Below are positions 46,531 to 48,718 of a stretch of DNA of 48,718 nt, in pieces. The translations under genes were made by a program, and so were the position numbers. Source of the stretch: Chromera velia (taxonomy: Eukaryota); assembly GCA_018398765.1 (NCBI GenBank), contig JAHBMJ010000403.1:1-48718 (forward strand), read 5' to 3'. The notes under the pieces were generated by a model, which was not told where the DNA came from, did not search any database, and worked only from the letters and a program-made list of their open reading frames with translations. Every line of letters starts with the position of its first letter. Position 1 is the first letter of the stretch.

Positions 46531-48611
46531 ACACTTACTTTGTACGAGCCACAAGCAAATTTTAAATGTCATCAGTAAATATCAGTATGCATGTCTACAT
46601 GGTTTACTGAGGTTCATTGCAATTTGCATTGCTTAGCAGCTTAGGAGAAGTAAGTGTTCTGAGGAATCAGCATTCTACGCGACGTGTCGATCGGCAGCCG
46701 TCTTTCACATTTTTCTTCTCTTCTCTATCCTCTCTCTCATTGCTTCCGACTCTTAATCACGGAAAATGAGGAAAACAAGCAGACTCGCACTCAGCAATGT
46801 CATTGATTCACACCCTTCAGCGGAAGCTAAACTTTTCTTCTCCGGCCGTGAAGTCAGACTGGACTTCCTTAAACTTAGTGATTAGTGAACAGACTCATAA
46901 GAAGAGGCCCGGGACAAAGAAGAGGAGAGGGGATATGGGGTAGACATGCAGACAGACCGACTGACAGCCAGGCTGCTAGGCAATCAATCAATCGGGTAGG
47001 CAGGACAGACAAGCAGGTATGCATGCAGAGAGACAAATCGACAAATCAAAGGAACGTCCAGAAAATGCTGTGCCGATCAGCTAGGGCCGGGCCGACATTG
47101 TCTTTCTTTATTTCTCTAAAACTTCCTTTCGGTTTCCTCCTCTCATGCAGGGACGACAGCTGGGCAAACAGTTAGAAGGATGCCGGCCCCTGCAGGATCA
47201 AACTTTGGGCCGACGGATCCAGAAGGGACGCACGCTTAATGGGAAGTGTTGTAGATACGATCGACGGAGACACAAGGTTCCCTCTTCCTCCCTCCCTCGC
47301 TCCCTCCTTCCTTCCTTCCTTCCTTCCTTCCTTCGTCCCTCCCGGTCGTCCCCCGTGCATTCCCTCTAAGACTTTCATGTCTGCCTGCTTGATTGCACTG
47401 AAGTCTCTCCTGCAGTGTGGTGTGGTGAGCATGCATTTGACGATTGTTGTTTTGTTGTCTCTGCCTGCCTGCCTGCCGGGGGACGCCGCTTGACGGTCTC
47501 CTTCTTCCATGTGACTTGGTCTGGACTCGGAGAGCCCGGGTGGGTGTATGGGTCCCTGCATTCAAATGGATAAATAACTAAGAACTTGCTTTCACACATC
47601 AGTAAACCTTGAGAATCCGAAGTGAGTGCGTGAGAGACCCGTAAATGCCGTTCCTTCCTAAAGCGAAAGAGGACTGCCTGCGGTCTGCGTTTCAGTGAAT
47701 GACAGCGGAGTTCCTTTATTCTGGCTTGCTGCTGATGGAGCTCCCTCCCAATGTCCGGAAATCGCGGTCCTTTCCTCTATTGTACATTCAACTCTTTGAC
47801 TTGACACCGGACTTCGTTCTTCTGCTCTCCGTTCCCCATGCATTCATTCTCTTTTGCCCCTCTTCAGACCCACCCAGTCATGTGCCCGCATGTTTCCACT
47901 TGTCCCTTTTCCAGTTGCCCTTTTCTCTGGTGAAACTGCCTTACCACTTTGCCACTGAGCGTCAGAAAGAAAGCAAAAAGCAGAGACTCAACCACCGGTA
48001 ATGACTGGCTGACCGAAAAACTATGTATCTGACATTGGACACAGACACAGGTGCACTTCTTTTTAAAGACGACCGAAGCCGACTGACCTCTTCTTGAGTG
48101 ATCAAAAGATTGAGAGATCAATCAGAGTTCCACACGGTCCGACTGCCCACACGCATGCTTGTGCGCGACGGTACCGAATGCCTCCCAGGTTGCCGTAGAG
48201 CACTGACGAGCAACCTCCCTCCCCTTTTTCTTTTCATAGAGGACCTGGAAGTGGGCGTCGCAGCTGCAAAAGAAAGGAATACGGCGTATGCTTAGTTTTT
48301 TATCAGACTGTCTGCATTTTCAGTCGCTGCTGCATTAGTTCACATCATGTTGTAGTGTAAGAATCCCCTTCCCTCTCCCAGAACGCGTATGCAGGTCTTC
48401 TTTGGTGGGGGCAGAAAGCATACTCTGAATTCAGAGTATTGGAATTAAGCGGGTATGTGGGAATTGAGATTTTGAAACTTTAGTGGCAGGGTGCGTGTTT
48501 GCGTACAGGCACGTCTCAGCCATTGGCTTCATGCCCGGCATGAGAAAAAAATCTTCCTCTGTTTCACGGCGCACTTGCAAAGCCCTCTCAAACTGTACTT
48601 CACGCAGCACT

Positions 48612-48654
<43 letters not shown>

Positions 48655-48670
48655 CACACACACACACACA

Positions 48671-48718
<48 letters not shown>
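48612..48718. repeat. (CA)n microsatellite running off the window end
   Basis: Directly visible. Confidence 0.95.

Noticed and set aside
46700..48610. Possible minus-strand exons at the window end
   Set aside because: No identifiable domain, and the ORFs are short and partly derived from simple repeats.

Overview
Repeat-rich eukaryotic (probably protist) DNA; the composition is reminiscent of chromerid alveolates, but the host cannot be established from this window. The main feature is a ~16-kb giant Ty1/Copia-order LTR retrotransposon (23665-39726; LTRs ~96% identical). Its ~3,600-codon gag-PR-IN-RT-RH frame is broken mainly by transition-derived stop codons and carries a nested 937-bp TIR element. 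Also present: a decayed, apparently intron-containing Dada-like DDE transposase (minus strand, ~15872-19358), several non-autonomous TIR/foldback elements, an intact intronless arrestin-fold + C2 gene (43924-45612), a small CYSTM-like ORF, a decayed array of a probably coding repeat (1.7-6.3 kb), and long (GAAA/CTTT)n and (CA/GT)n tracts. The most striking cross-cutting signal is strongly CpA/TpG-biased C-to-T mutation in the repeats, resembling fungal RIP. No rRNA, tRNA or CRISPR array was found.
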